From Spironucleus salmonicida (lineage: Eukaryota): 64,000 nt of DNA. Below the pieces are notes generated by a model. The model had not been told where the DNA came from and ran no database searches. It saw only the letters and a program-made list of their open reading frames with translations. The stretch covers positions 1-64,000 of the forward strand of contig NC_090599.1 of NCBI RefSeq assembly GCF_000497125.1. The letters run 5' to 3'. The position numbers were made by a program, and so were the translations under genes. This document shows positions 39,601 to 52,976 of this stretch, one piece after another (position 1 is the stretch's first letter; each line of letters starts with the position of its first letter).

Positions 39601-42600
39601 TTAAATTTTATGGTAATTCTGCTCTACCAGCATAACCTGGATTAAGCGATATAGCTATAATAGTATCTGGATTGAGTTATATTTCGTATCCCTAAAACAG
39701 GAAAGGACCATTAAGCCCACCATTTCGAGCCATCTTAAGACCGTCTAAGATTTACTTAATTGATCCAGCTATAACCGATAATAATGACAATTCAAGTCTA
39801 TTAAATTCATCTAGGCAAGAACCTGCTCCTGTCATACAGAATCCCATAAAGAATCTATTCATAACATAAACTTCTACGTTATCTGAGCAATTGAAAACGA
39901 CACAAGCATTTCCTCTGGCCTTATTTTGATCCTTTGTTGTTTCAGATTTACCAGTACCTGCAGGTCCTGATAAATTGATAGCCTTTGAATTTTATACAGC
40001 ACAAGCTATATGTAAATAAACTAAATCTGTTAAAGGAGTAATAACCAAGCGTGGCGATGCACCTAAATATTCATTTTAATAAGGTAAAATTGTAGTATTT
40101 TACTTTAGTAATAATGGCACATCTGGATCCTATAAATTATAATAATATCGTAAGAGTTTTTAGAATTCAAAATCTTCAGTTGTAGTAAGTCTCTAATTCA
40201 ATAATACCTAAATTGTATCTCTATTATGTGTTTCAATAGTTGCTAAAGCAGTAACTGAGCAACGCTATAACTTATTAAGTCCCCCTTTGATTAACACTAT
40301 CAGCCCCTACAAATCGCTTTCGTATCTTTACAAATACTAACTCAATGCATTTTATTTCTTGTCATATTCTTCATTCTTCATGAATCCCATCTCCCTTAGA
40401 TCACATGTTCCGTCCAAAGCTTCAGAAATATTAGCACACCAAAATGTACAACTTCCAGCAATAACTGACTGGGCATGGTTAGATAAAATCCATTAACCAC
40501 GGTCTTTATACTCCTTAAATGATTCAATAGCAGTCTTTATGGACTTTGCTACTGTCTACTTCATTTTCTACTCTAATGTCGTAAGCCAAACTGTCATAGA
40601 ACCTCTAGGCTTGACTGTCTAAATAAGGGTCATCTTTTCACCTTCTTCTGAATTTAATGCAGAAATTTCAAGACCACCTGCCTATTAGTTCATAAACATA
40701 TCGACTGAAACTACATTTTCAAATAATTTTCTCATATGTTAATTTAACTGAAGGGGATTCTTTGCTAAAGCTAGGAGATCTAACAGCTCGTCATCAGAAA
40801 TAAAGAATAATCTTGGAAATGCCATGCGTTTAGTCTACAAAAAGTCATCTAGAGATTTTTAAATCTGGTCCAATATTTATTCATATCTACGCAACTATGA
40901 TTCTAAAACCGAAATCTTAGGGTTTGAATTTTCATCTCGCTACGAGATTTAATAGTTTGTTACTTTCAATGCTTGGGGATATTCATAAATCTTCTACATT
41001 AACTTCTTCCAAAATGAATCCAAATCCAAAAACATTTTTGATTCGTTTGGCAACTATCTTTAAATATCGCTTGACGCGAAAATATTAAGTAAATATAAAT
41101 AACCTTTCTATACCTTGAGAAATACGTCTAAACAGGTTGATAGATGTGAAAGCTATTTTAATAACACATTGACCTCATCTTAGATAGGCTTAGCATATTT
41201 AGAGCTAGCTATGCCTTAAACTACTAGTAATGAGTCATCCAATTTAGCAATAAGATCAGCAGTGTCATATAAAATAAAAATATCTCCAATAGATGCATGA
41301 GGTTTAATAAGTAGGTCAATAGTTTACCATTCTAAATTAACCTTATTAAATGCAGCCTCCAAATTCTATTCATTCGCTGCATTACTACTTACTTGGCTCA
41401 ATTAATCTTTGTATACAAGAGCCTTGTTAAACACCAACCAATTAATACTAATAACAGGAACTTCTTTCTCATCCTTTTATGCCTTATTAACTATCTACAT
41501 TGGTACTTGAATGTTAAGTGCATTACCTACCTCTTACCAATGACGCTCTTTTAGAGCTGGATTATCCAAAGATTAAACAATAGGGATTATCTAACGTAAT
41601 TCTGTCACGCGTTGCTTTAAAACTCCTGGCATTTCTGAGCTTAAGATTGATCTTTCACATTAAAATGCTGTTTTGCCAATATTGGCTACAAGTTGATTTA
41701 ATATTTCGTGGTCCAAATCACCAAAGAAATTTTATCGTGAAATATTTAGTTATTCCTTCTAAAATTCTAAAGAAGCTGACCACAAGTTATCATATTATCT
41801 AATATGTTAGGCAACTTTCTCTAGTAGAGGGAAATCAGTCTACTCTGACCCTAAATTAGACTAGTATTTCTAAATTGTTTTGATCTTAGCTTCAACTAAA
41901 TCCAATTCTGATCTTTAAAAATTTGTCTTCTCAGTTCTATGCTTCAGATGGATAAATATATTGGATAATTTTAAGTGCGGGGGAATCTCCTTCTCTAATA
42001 ATTTTTAGATGTCCTGTTTCTGTGTTTCATCTAAACTTTAACGACTTTATTCTTCATTTTCTTCGGCTCCTTCCTCCTATTCTTCTTTTTCTACTTCAAT
42101 TTATTCCTCTTCCTCTTCTTAAATCTCTTCACCTAAACCATCTTCTTCTGATTCCTCTTCTTCGACTTCTTTATTTTCTAAATAATAATTGTGTTAACTA
42201 ATTAAAAAGTCATAAGTTAATTTTGATGGTGACATCATCATGTAGTCGGGAAGTATTTAAGCTTTTAAAGTTTAAATTTCGTTCTCTAACTCAGGGAATG
42301 TACCTACTTTTTCTTATTTGCTGAGTGCTATTGTTAACTAATTCTAAATTTCCGTCTATTAATCTTTTCTCTAAATAAATTCTTTCATATAAATATTGAA
42401 AAATTAAGACATATCCGATAAGGTGAACAACTCAACCGTTCGGTTTAATGATTTTAATCTCATCTGAGTAGCAAGATTTTATAAATTATCAAATTCTACC
42501 TTACATTGATCTGATAATATATCTAATTATTTGCTTACATGTGAATCTAGGCCGCCTTCTATAAAGTTTACCTACTATTTAAATACTTCAAAATTTTATA

Positions 42601-45262
42601 AGAATAATTATTACATTAGATTAACTTCTTTGGGAATCTTAAAAGAATGTTAAACACACACATTTAATAATTATAATGAATTGTCAGAAATTGTCTTTAT
42701 GTTATCTATAACTTCTTCTTATATTAACATAACAACGTCTTTATATACAATAAATTCTTAAATTTATTGTGGAATATTATTTAAATACTTTTATAATAAT
42801 ATGATATTGGCTTATAAAACAAATAACCTCTTAAATACAGATAACGGTATGGCCACCTTTAAATAATCTAAAATTCTTTAAGAAACTGGCATAAATGATT
42901 TCTTTAAGTTTGTTAAATCAAAAGAAAATAACTACAAATTAACTTATTCAGGCATAGAATAATGTAATCTTCTATAATGTTCCATCTTATTCAATAATTC
43001 ATTAAATTCAGCGTCCGATATTAAAACTTCTTACATTGTAATCTTTGTTAAGTTTGTAAAAATTGTTAAAGGAACGTCGTTCTTATTTTTAATTTTTAGA
43101 GATGAATATTGTCCAGTCTACGCAAGAATTTCTTTAAATTCTATATCTAAAATTTTAGACTAAAACTCTTGAAAAATATTATTATCATCTTTAACTGACC
43201 TGAATTATAATTTATTATATTCCTCAAGATATTCTAAATATTCTTTCTGTGCATCTTTTCCTCTAGCAGGCCCTGCCCATGAACCATTTATATAACCAAA
43301 AAGTTTGTTTTCGATGGTACCAATATCTAAATTAACACAATCGTTATATGCATCATAAAATGGTTATAAACACTTGCTCCAATTTAAGGCATTATCATAC
43401 TAAACCTTAAGTAAATTTGTAATATCTTATAATAACGTAGAAAATCCTACATTAGATGTAAATAAAATAGAAAGATCAGGTGCATTTATCTCTTAAAGAA
43501 GTGCTAATTTATTACCATCTTATAAACCTAACTAGACATCACCAGATATAACTGGCAGTGATACATCTGCAAACTCCTCGTGGTTCATTAATCTTCTTAC
43601 TGACGTTTCAACTGAAAGAACACTTTCAGTAAATCCTTCAAAAGAACGCTAGAAATCACCTGTAGATGGTGTAAGCACAATTGAGGCCTACTATCCAGGT
43701 CCTACATCATTACCAGGTGTTCTTTAATCATCTTCTATGCGTAAATCACGAGGTCCTACCGGAACTTTATTTTAAACTGGAGCGGTAAAGCTGGCATTAC
43801 TTAGATTAGATAGATTAGATAGCATTGACCTCATTGAATCATTTTTAACAAATAAATTTGATTTCGGTTCTACATAATGATCGCTTTAGCATATAATGCT
43901 TCCAAGGAAAAATGTATTCTTTGAAGAACCCACAACTTTACTTAAAGCATCTTCGTCAAATTCTTCAATATCCTCTCCAACTTCTTCATCTCCAAATCTA
44001 TAGAGTCCTTCTTTTTCTCTTTGCAATAATTCGGCTTGTGAGGCAATAATATTTTCAGGAAGAATTTCTTCGCCAGCTAAGGTCATTTTAGTTTTGAAAC
44101 CTTCTAATGTACCAAACGCAAAGTCATATAATGAATCCATTAACATGAAATCTGTAAGACGCAAATAATTTAACATTCTCTTACATGCATTCATTCTCGA
44201 TGCCCTTTCGGTGTAAGAAATTGCTGTTTTTACTGTTTTCTAGACCTTTTCATCATCAGAATCATCATTGTTTTACGCGAACAACATCAGAATAGTTTAG
44301 TCTATAGACTATCTCGTCTGTTATGAAACTATATTTAGAACAGAATCAAATAATTCTGATAACTCAGTGCATCTTTGTAATGTTAATGCATCAAATTGAT
44401 CAATAGTAAAAGGAAATACATGAACTTTACTATCTTGATGGAAAATAGAAGCATTTTCATCATCTATTTGAACTTATTTACCATAATTGAAATCCTAAAA
44501 TTATTTAAGTAATAAATTTTAACTTCTTTTGCCTTTATATTAATCAGTTTATATAACTTTTAGCGAACGAATGCCATCAGTACACTCTAACACTACAAAT
44601 AATGACTATCGTAAAAACTAATTAACTGTGAATAAGTTTTACTGCAGTAATCCAATACTTCTTACTCGTCGGTTCTTTGGAACCGCCTTTTTTAATAGAT
44701 ACAAAGGCTTCCATATTCTAAAATTCTTAAATATGCTAATTTTTCTAAGCTTCTCTAATTTAAGTAATTCATCTAACCACTCCTATAAAGGTGTAAAAGA
44801 TTAGTTCTGGTTGCTAATATGCGCAACACCAGTGGATGAAATAGTATAATAATCCTTTACGTCAATCAGCTAATGAGGACATATAAAATACTAAAACATA
44901 TCTCCTTAATCTAGTTTATCAGCTCTTTACATATAGAAAAATGTACCCTCTGGTGCATTTTTAAGTCTCTTTATGGCTTCAAAAGGTTTAATAAATGAAG
45001 TAATAATTAATCTTTCATCTTATTTCTTAGAAGACTCAGAATTAGCTTTAGCTACTTGTTAATTTTTGATCTATGAGAAATGGGCATTGGATGCTGCCGC
45101 CTGACCTCCTCTGAGTACAGTGGCTGGCTTTTTGGGAAATTAAGGGTTAGATTCTGGTAATAGTTTAGGTAATTGCGATGGCTATTTTAATGCATACAAT
45201 CTAGCCTTCAATACCTCTGAAGGGTCTAAACTTTAACTCAATTCTTAGTTGAGATTAGACAT
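30608..45262 (-). CDS. Axonemal dynein heavy chain, inner-arm (DNAH6-like) type (4884 aa)
   Basis: One frame from ATG 45262 to TGA 30608, joining all minus-strand track fragments. FPRLFFISDDELL; Walker A motifs GPAGTGKSET, GPAKSGKT, GASGSGKT, GVGGSGRKS; IDPQNQG; C-terminal AGVLSSTGHSTNFV...RLGTAALC. Confidence 0.96.
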
Positions 45263-45344
45263 TTTGCGGAATTGAAGTGGGAAAATTTTATTAAATATTA
45301 TACAAAATACCACAGAAAATAAAATGCAGGTAAAGTAAAAAATA

Positions 45345-46541
45345 TCATATTTTGAGTCCAATGGACACATTCTCTAGCCCTAATTTCTATGCATCAATTG
45401 TTCCATAATTAATAAAATCTTAGCAATCTTTTTCATCTTCAAATAGAATTTCTAGTCCGTTTTCTATTTCAACAATATCATAAAAATTATATTTCTACGC
45501 AATCACCTTAATTTTATTGATAATTATATTTCCATATATAACTGCGGAAACTGTTTGTATTCCAGTAAATTATATATCACTATTTTAAAAAAATTCACAA
45601 ACTCTTTTTCTTAATTCTGAACTCGAAATAAACAAAGTATTTAATGCTTTTTTCTATGCGAATAATAAACTATAACTCAATCCAAATTTTTTGCATAACT
45701 TATTCTCTAATGCTTATATAAATTCATCGTCTTTATCTACTATTGTCACTGAAAAACATTCTTTATATTTAACTTCTACTTCATTATTTATTTGACTTAA
45801 ATCTAAAATTTATGACTATGGAAGCGGTGTAATCTAAATTTTAAGTGGACGTAATGTTTTAACTCTTAAATCAGTTGCAGTGGGATTTTAAACCGACCCT
45901 TATCCTTTAAATATAGTGTCTGCAAATACAGTATCTTCTAATGAATGCTTTAGGGTTACATTTTATGCCTTAATTGTTTCATGTAAAGTTTGCATAAATG
46001 GTTATAAATTCTAGCAACTTAACATTTTTTCTAGTTCAGGTGTTTTTTATTTTGTAGCCTTTTATGAATAAGGCGAGACATAAGTCTCACGGGAAGAATT
46101 TTACTTAGATCGCACAGATTGTGCTGAGTCTGGAGTCTATTTACTATAATAACTATTACTTATTTATAATTGTGGAATTTATTTTTGCTTAGTATATTGC
46201 TTTTATATTTAAAAATTTAGTCTAGGAGGGGATTAAATAGTCTCTTTTATTTCTGGCTTATTATCAATAATATTATTTGTAAGCTGATATATAAGTTTAT
46301 CTTTATCTTCAATAATTTTATCATATTTAGCAATTAATAAATTGATATAGGTATTTTTATCATCAATTTCTGATTGAAGATATACGATTTGTTTTTCTTG
46401 TAGTTAATCTTTCAATTCATATTATTATACTTAATGTTTAAGAAGGTCTAGTTATTATTTTAATTCAAAAATTGAAATATCTACAATCTTATGAGATTTA
46501 GGACTTTGCTAAACATTATATGTGGGATATTGAATTGGCAT
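45345..46541 (-). CDS. Hypothetical protein with N-terminal coiled coil (398 aa)
   Basis: ATG 46541 (MPIQYPTYNVQQSPK...) to TGA 45345; heptad-like Q/E/L/K-rich N-terminus. Confidence 0.7.
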
Positions 46542-46632
46542 TTTCACACTGAGTAAAATAGTTTTTAATAATATTATATAGTAATACAAATATGACACTT
46601 TACAATGTTTTAATAAGTTTACATTTTTTAAA

Positions 46633-49600
46633 ATGAGAAAACCTTTAAAAGGCATGATGTATTATGAATATTTAACTCTAAATAATCCAATTTTTATTCT
46701 TATTATAATTGCTCCCGCTATATCTGCTATATTAATTAAGTACTTTTTTAATGCGGTATTACCATCTGAATTTATTTTAAAGCCAATAGAACAGTAAAAA
46801 TTATTTACTATTAAAGGATTTGAGTATAATATTTTTAATTATTCCCCATTTACGCCTTATATGCAAGAGTTTACATAATTATATACCTAAAATCTGAAGT
46901 TACTATTACAATAAAATATAGATTTAAAATATGTACCATCTTATAACGTAAATATCAAGTATGACGGATTTTCTAATTATTAAGATCTAGAATTATTTGG
47001 TGTTGTTGACTTAATCAACTAAAATCCTTCTCTGTATGATTATTATTTATTGAAATATGGAATTACCACAGAATAATTCACGTATCTTAAAAATATTTAC
47101 AAACCATCTTTATTTTCTATTATTGAATAAAACTCTACCATTTAAATCATATATAATTAGACAGCTTTTGATTAATTTACAGAAAATTAATCGTTTACCG
47201 TTTTGACGTTCTTCAAATACTATAATAATATACTTAAAAATATTTTCTATCTAAAATTTGTTGAAACTAGCTAAAGCATAAATATTTAACTTTAAGCATT
47301 ACCTAATAATCAGAATTCTTACCAAGAATTTGCTAATGTAGATCGTGCAACTATCTAGCTAAGTTTTATTCTTTTGTTGACATGCATCTAGTATTTCTCA
47401 TCCAGAGATAGAGGAAATGGTCATTTTATTCTTAGATAAGCTAGTCTTAATGAATATATTTACTGGACTGTTCGTCTTTTTTCGACTCTTATTTTCAGTT
47501 TTCTATCATCAATTATATTGTTGATAGTATGTTCTCTTAATACAATAGGATATATTAATGCTTTAACATGGTATGAATTATTCTATTGTTCGTGTATAAT
47601 ATCATTACAAGTCAGCTCTGGTGCATTGTTAATATCTGCAGTTTTTGGTGGAAAGTCAGTTATATTACCGCTAATTATTTCCATTATCCTTGGCATATCA
47701 GTTAACTTCATATTAGAAATAATATTTTATAATATTATGGCTAGTGAATCTGTGTATGACCCTTCTATAATTAATTAGGGTATTTAAGTACTGCTAACAT
47801 ATGTTATGCATGGGTTTTCTATGTTTTTTATTACCGATAAAGCATAATTTTAAGATAATTCGTTATAACTATGTGGAACATAAACAACTTTAGAATAATT
47901 ATGCATATATACTATACCTAGTTTTCAAACTTAATTTTTTATAAGCTTATTAAAATTTACAGTTTATTTAACATTAACATATTGTATTGCATATACGAAG
48001 AAAGAATTATGCTGGCCAGGTAGAATAATTCCAAGATTTAAACGAAGAAGAAATGTTAATAACTAAGTAAATATTGATTTGCTGACAATTTTCAACAAAA
48101 AGACAAAAATAATCTAAAACGCAAATCTTTATTTATAAAATTAGTTTAAGACATCGTTAATTGGTTTATCAGGATGTGGTAAATCTACTCTTCTTCAAGT
48201 ACTATCAGGGCAATAAAAACCAAATCAAATATAGGGTACGATTTATGGCTATAATTTGTCTTCTTTTAATGATATTTACTTATTAAAAAGAATAATAGGT
48301 TATTGCCCATAAAATAATTGTAATATTTTTACACAATTTTCAGTTAAATAAAATATCATGGTAATTAGTATGATAAAAGGTCTATAGGTCGAAGCAGAAC
48401 TTGGACTAGATCTGTAATCCAAATAAAAAATATATACACTTTCTGGAGGATAACTGCGCCGAGTTAGTATATTAAATTCTATTTAAGGAATTAATAAAAT
48501 TCTATTTTTAGATGAAATTACCAGTGGACTAGATCCTCTAAATTGTAGTTTAGTAGATACATTTTTATAAGAATAGCAAATATCATTTATTTTGTCTACG
48601 CATGATATGATACAAGTATAAAATGTTGCGTAAAATTTTCTAATAATATAAAATCATTAAATATTATTATTATCTGTATAAGATATCATAAACTAAAGTC
48701 TTAATAAATTGGCAATCAAAGTATTTGTTGATTAAATTAGCTAAGATCAAATCATATAGGCATTGCATTAACAAATGAATTTAGAACCAGCTTTTAAAGT
48801 TAAGAATTATTTTTAAATAAATGTAACATAAGTCAGAAGTGTGTAACTTTAAGAAATTATTCAATTATTAGAACAGTTTAAGTAGAATAACTAAATTGAT
48901 TAATATTAATTCTTGAAATAAGATATTACAGAAGTTCTATAAAATTTTATGAATAACGAATAGTTATAAGAAACTGGAAATATTATGTAAGATTAATTAC
49001 TTAAATAAAATAAGTTTTTATTGTTTTAAAAATTCTTCTTTATTAATGAAAGTAAGTCTTTACTTCCATTTTATCTTCTTTTCCCTGTTATTTTATTAGT
49101 ATTTGTTATGTTTATATTTGGTATTTCATGCTTTCTAAATAATTATCTAGATACTGAAGTACTCAGATTAAACAACTTGGTATTTGCATCTCTTTAATAA
49201 GAGTGTTAACTTTGTTGTGGAAATTTTAATCCCGATACACTTATTTAATGTAAAACCTAAAATAATTGTTTTTCTAGTACTCAAGGTGGGTTTTATTCTC
49301 CAGGTTCATGTTATTAACTATAACTTTTATTAGGTTTTGAAGCCGATGATCCAAAGGTAAGGAACCTATAAGAAAGTGTATATCCTTTCTATTCTGGATA
49401 ATTATAAACGAACTAAATATTAATTAAATAAATGTCTAGACATAATATCTATATAAACAAATAAAGTATTTATTACTAAAATTATAGTTTTGAATGTTAA
49501 AAGTTCCTATCAACATGTTATTTCGGTTGTAAATAAACAATAAATATCTTTTCGTGTGAAAAATAGTGTCTAGAAATGTCCAAAGTATAGGTAAGTTGCA

Positions 49601-51534
49601 CTGAACTAATATAAAGAAGTATTCTTCAATATGACTTATACGAAAATGAATAACCTATTTTAAGATCTTTTATAAACTAATAAAAAACAGTGGATATAAC
49701 TAACTCTGAGATTGATAATTTTGGCGGGCTGTATTATCAATAACTATAGGTATCATAACTATTTCCGATCTTTAATAGGTCATATATAGTTATTGAAAAT
49801 AATAATGTAAAAGTCTTATCTCACCTTCCATTTATTATAGGCACTACAGGGTACTTTGAATAAATTCTAATGAGTGGAATCTCTAAGTAATATGCTTATG
49901 GTTTTAGTAAAAATATAACTCCTTAGAATAAAGAATTTTTCACAGAAACAGTGAAACTGATTGGTTAAACGTAGACTAATTTAAAAAAATATTAGCAAAT
50001 TTTTACTCCATAATAGTCTTCAGAGTTATTTTATAGTTTAGGAATAGGTATGGAATCAGAATTTATTGATGGTATAGGGTTTGAGCTTTCATCATTAATG
50101 AATACATAAAAATCTAGATTTTCTAACAGCATTAATCAGATTCTTGTTCGTGCATATGAGCATACTCCTTATAAATATCAAACCTCATCATTTGTTATGT
50201 TCCTTAATTAACTTTTGATAGTACTGTTATTAGTGCCATTTTCGTTTTAAGGAATTAAACTTGGTTATGATTTATCTTCGATATATGAAAACAAGTAATA
50301 CTTAATATTTTCATATAATAATATCTCAAAATAATATATTGATATAACATATTTTTGTTTCAGAATATTGTCATCAATATTGTCGATAATTATGTATACT
50401 CTACTTGCTTTTGCAGCTTAAATTATTACAGTTAGCTAAATTCTAATTCTTTTTATTGTTAGCTTTGTGACAATTTTTACATCTTGTTTCATTGCACTTT
50501 TAGTATTGAGACTTAAACTTGCACCATCTGTCACTACCTTTATCGTAGCATCAATTAATATCATCCTAATATTTCTTTAAATGTTTATGTTTAAAAATTC
50601 TTTTTTGTAAATTGCTATTCCTAGTCTTAGTTCAACAAGTTTTTTTAATAAATAGTCCACATCTTTAGATACAATTTAGCAGCTATTTTACTTTACGATA
50701 TCTTTGTTTTTATGCATTTTCATTCTCAATCATAATCCTTAAGAACCTATACTTTAATGTTCCTCATCTTAATATTAAATTTAAGATGCCGAAATCTCAA
50801 TTTAAGATGTATCAGTTAGTATTTCTTAAAATAAAATACTAAATTCTATTACTTTGAACATAGAAGAACGTTAGATTATTTCTTTAATCGGTCTTTCTGG
50901 CTCTGGAAAAACTACACTGCTTTCTGCTCTGTTAGGCTCGCAGCCATTTACAGGCTCTATTTATCTCTAAAATCAACCAATATAAAAAAATTAATTCTGC
51001 TTTGTTCCATAATTTGATATATTTTTTTCCAACCTAACAATCAAAGATCATATTGACTTCTTTTAAGCTCTAAATTAGTAAAAACTATCAAATTTGCTTG
51101 ATTTTCTTAATCTTGATGATATAAAAAATCGACATGTTCGCCTTCTATCTGGTGGTCAAAAACGACGTTTTTCCTTCGCAGTAGCGCTTTTAAAATAATC
51201 AAATTTGGTACTTTTAGATGAAGTCACAACGGGTCTTTCTCCTGACCTACGTAAACAGATATGGTAAATTATTAGCAGATTAGATAGAACTATTATTAGT
51301 ACTACGCATGATATATAAGAGGTTGAAGCCATTTCAGATAGAATTGTTCTTTTAAAAAGTGGTAAAATTCATTAAAAGAATTGCAATTTTGCAAAAAATG
51401 TTTAGAGAATTTAAAAGGATGATTAGGATTTAGTCATACGAGGTGAAGACTTGCATCGCTTTGAATTTGTTTCTAAGAATAATGTTTAGAGTAAAGATTT
51501 ATTAAGAAAATAGTTTTTAGATTGGATTGGATGA
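46633..51534 (+). CDS. Full-length ABC transporter, ABCA-like (TMD-NBD-TMD-NBD; 1633 aa)
   Basis: NBD1: GLSGCGKST, GYCPQ, LSGGQLRR, FLDEITSGLDP, STHD. NBD2: GLSGSGKTT, FVPQFD, LSGGQKRR, LLDEVTTGLSP, TTHD. Each half has a single TM followed by a large ectodomain and a multi-TM block. Confidence 0.92.
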
Positions 51535-51740
51535 TATGGTTTAGATTAAACATTATAAGTACGCTTTTTATCAACAAATAATTGAGTGATACCTTATTTA
51601 GAAATAATATAATCCAATACTACTGTATTTAAGGAAGCTTATATAAATATATCATATAAAATAGCGTTATAATATTTTTATTAATTTGTTAAATATTTAT
51701 TAGCTCAATATAATATAAAATCACTTGAAAAATAAAATAC

Positions 51741-52208
51741 TCAATCAAACTTAATATCTTCTAGCTGTTTATCTAAACTAACCTTTAAAGTATTCAGATT
51801 ACTAACTGTTTATTACTATAAAGTTTTCAAATGTAGTTCAAATTCAGCACTAATCTATTGTTTTTAAATATCAATGATTTTAGTTGTCTGATGTAGTTAT
51901 GAAATGAGTGCATTAACTTTATTCTGAACTGAACTTAGTTCATTTAATTTTTAATGTTTTTAGTTTTTTATAAATTCAATTTCTTTTGTGAGATTCTGAA
52001 ATGTTTATTTCTCTGCAGTTTAAAATAACTCTTTTGTAATAGTTTGTGAAAGATTCATTTTAAAGGAAATTTATTGTATATTGATATATTATATTATAAT
52101 CTATTACTAATCTTTTAATTGGCGATCATATTATTAAGTGTATCTGTCCTAACCATATATTACTCGACTTACGTATTAATAGAAATTTACTTGTAATTAA
52201 ACTCTCAT
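51741..52208 (-). CDS. Possible small coiled-coil hypothetical protein (155 aa; start uncertain)
   Basis: TGA-free frame from ATG 52208 to TGA 51741 with coiled-coil-like composition. Confidence 0.4.
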
Positions 52209-52976
52209 ATAATGATTTACATTCTTGATATTAATTTTATATTTTTAATAACGAAATTTTAATTAGTATGCTAATAACTTATTATCACTATAATTAATTA
52301 TTATATGACTAAGGGTTTATTGTTATCTATTATTTTAATCTCTTTTAAAATATTTATAGTATTTATTAGGTTATAATTTATAGCTTATACATGATAAATT
52401 AAATATAAGTACTAAGCTGTAATTAATAGAGTAAAGTAAAATAAAGTTATTTTATTGTCAAAAAAATATTAACATTTTCAAATAAAACTAGTCTTTTTAT
52501 TAATTTATATTAAACTAGTATATAATTAATGCTTAAATTACCTATACACTGTATAATAACTACTAATAAATTAATAAAAAAGTAACGCATTATTATGATA
52601 AATTATTATGCTATGTTAACTTTACTAAAATAAATATACACAATTATATAATAACAACTAGAATTATAAAATCAATAATTGTGGTATAGTAAAAAGTAAG
52701 CATGATCCTTTCTGATAAACAAAACTTTATTTTTATTTATAATACTTTGTAAAAGGTGATATTTCAAATCATCATTAGAAAGCTTAATATATAATAACAA
52801 CTCTATAAAACTTAGATTATAACTAAACTATATGACGAATGTAATTTATATAATTTTTTCTTTTTATATAAACTAAGTATTAAACATAATTATGCAAATG
52901 AAAATTATCACTTATAGTAAGATAAAGGAGTCAATAATATCATATAACTTATTAAATACATAATATTTAATAAAAA

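Noticed and set aside
52460-52970. Possible short ORFs on either strand between genes
   Set aside because: Extremely AT-rich with no motif; TGA-free runs of this length are expected by chance under code 6.
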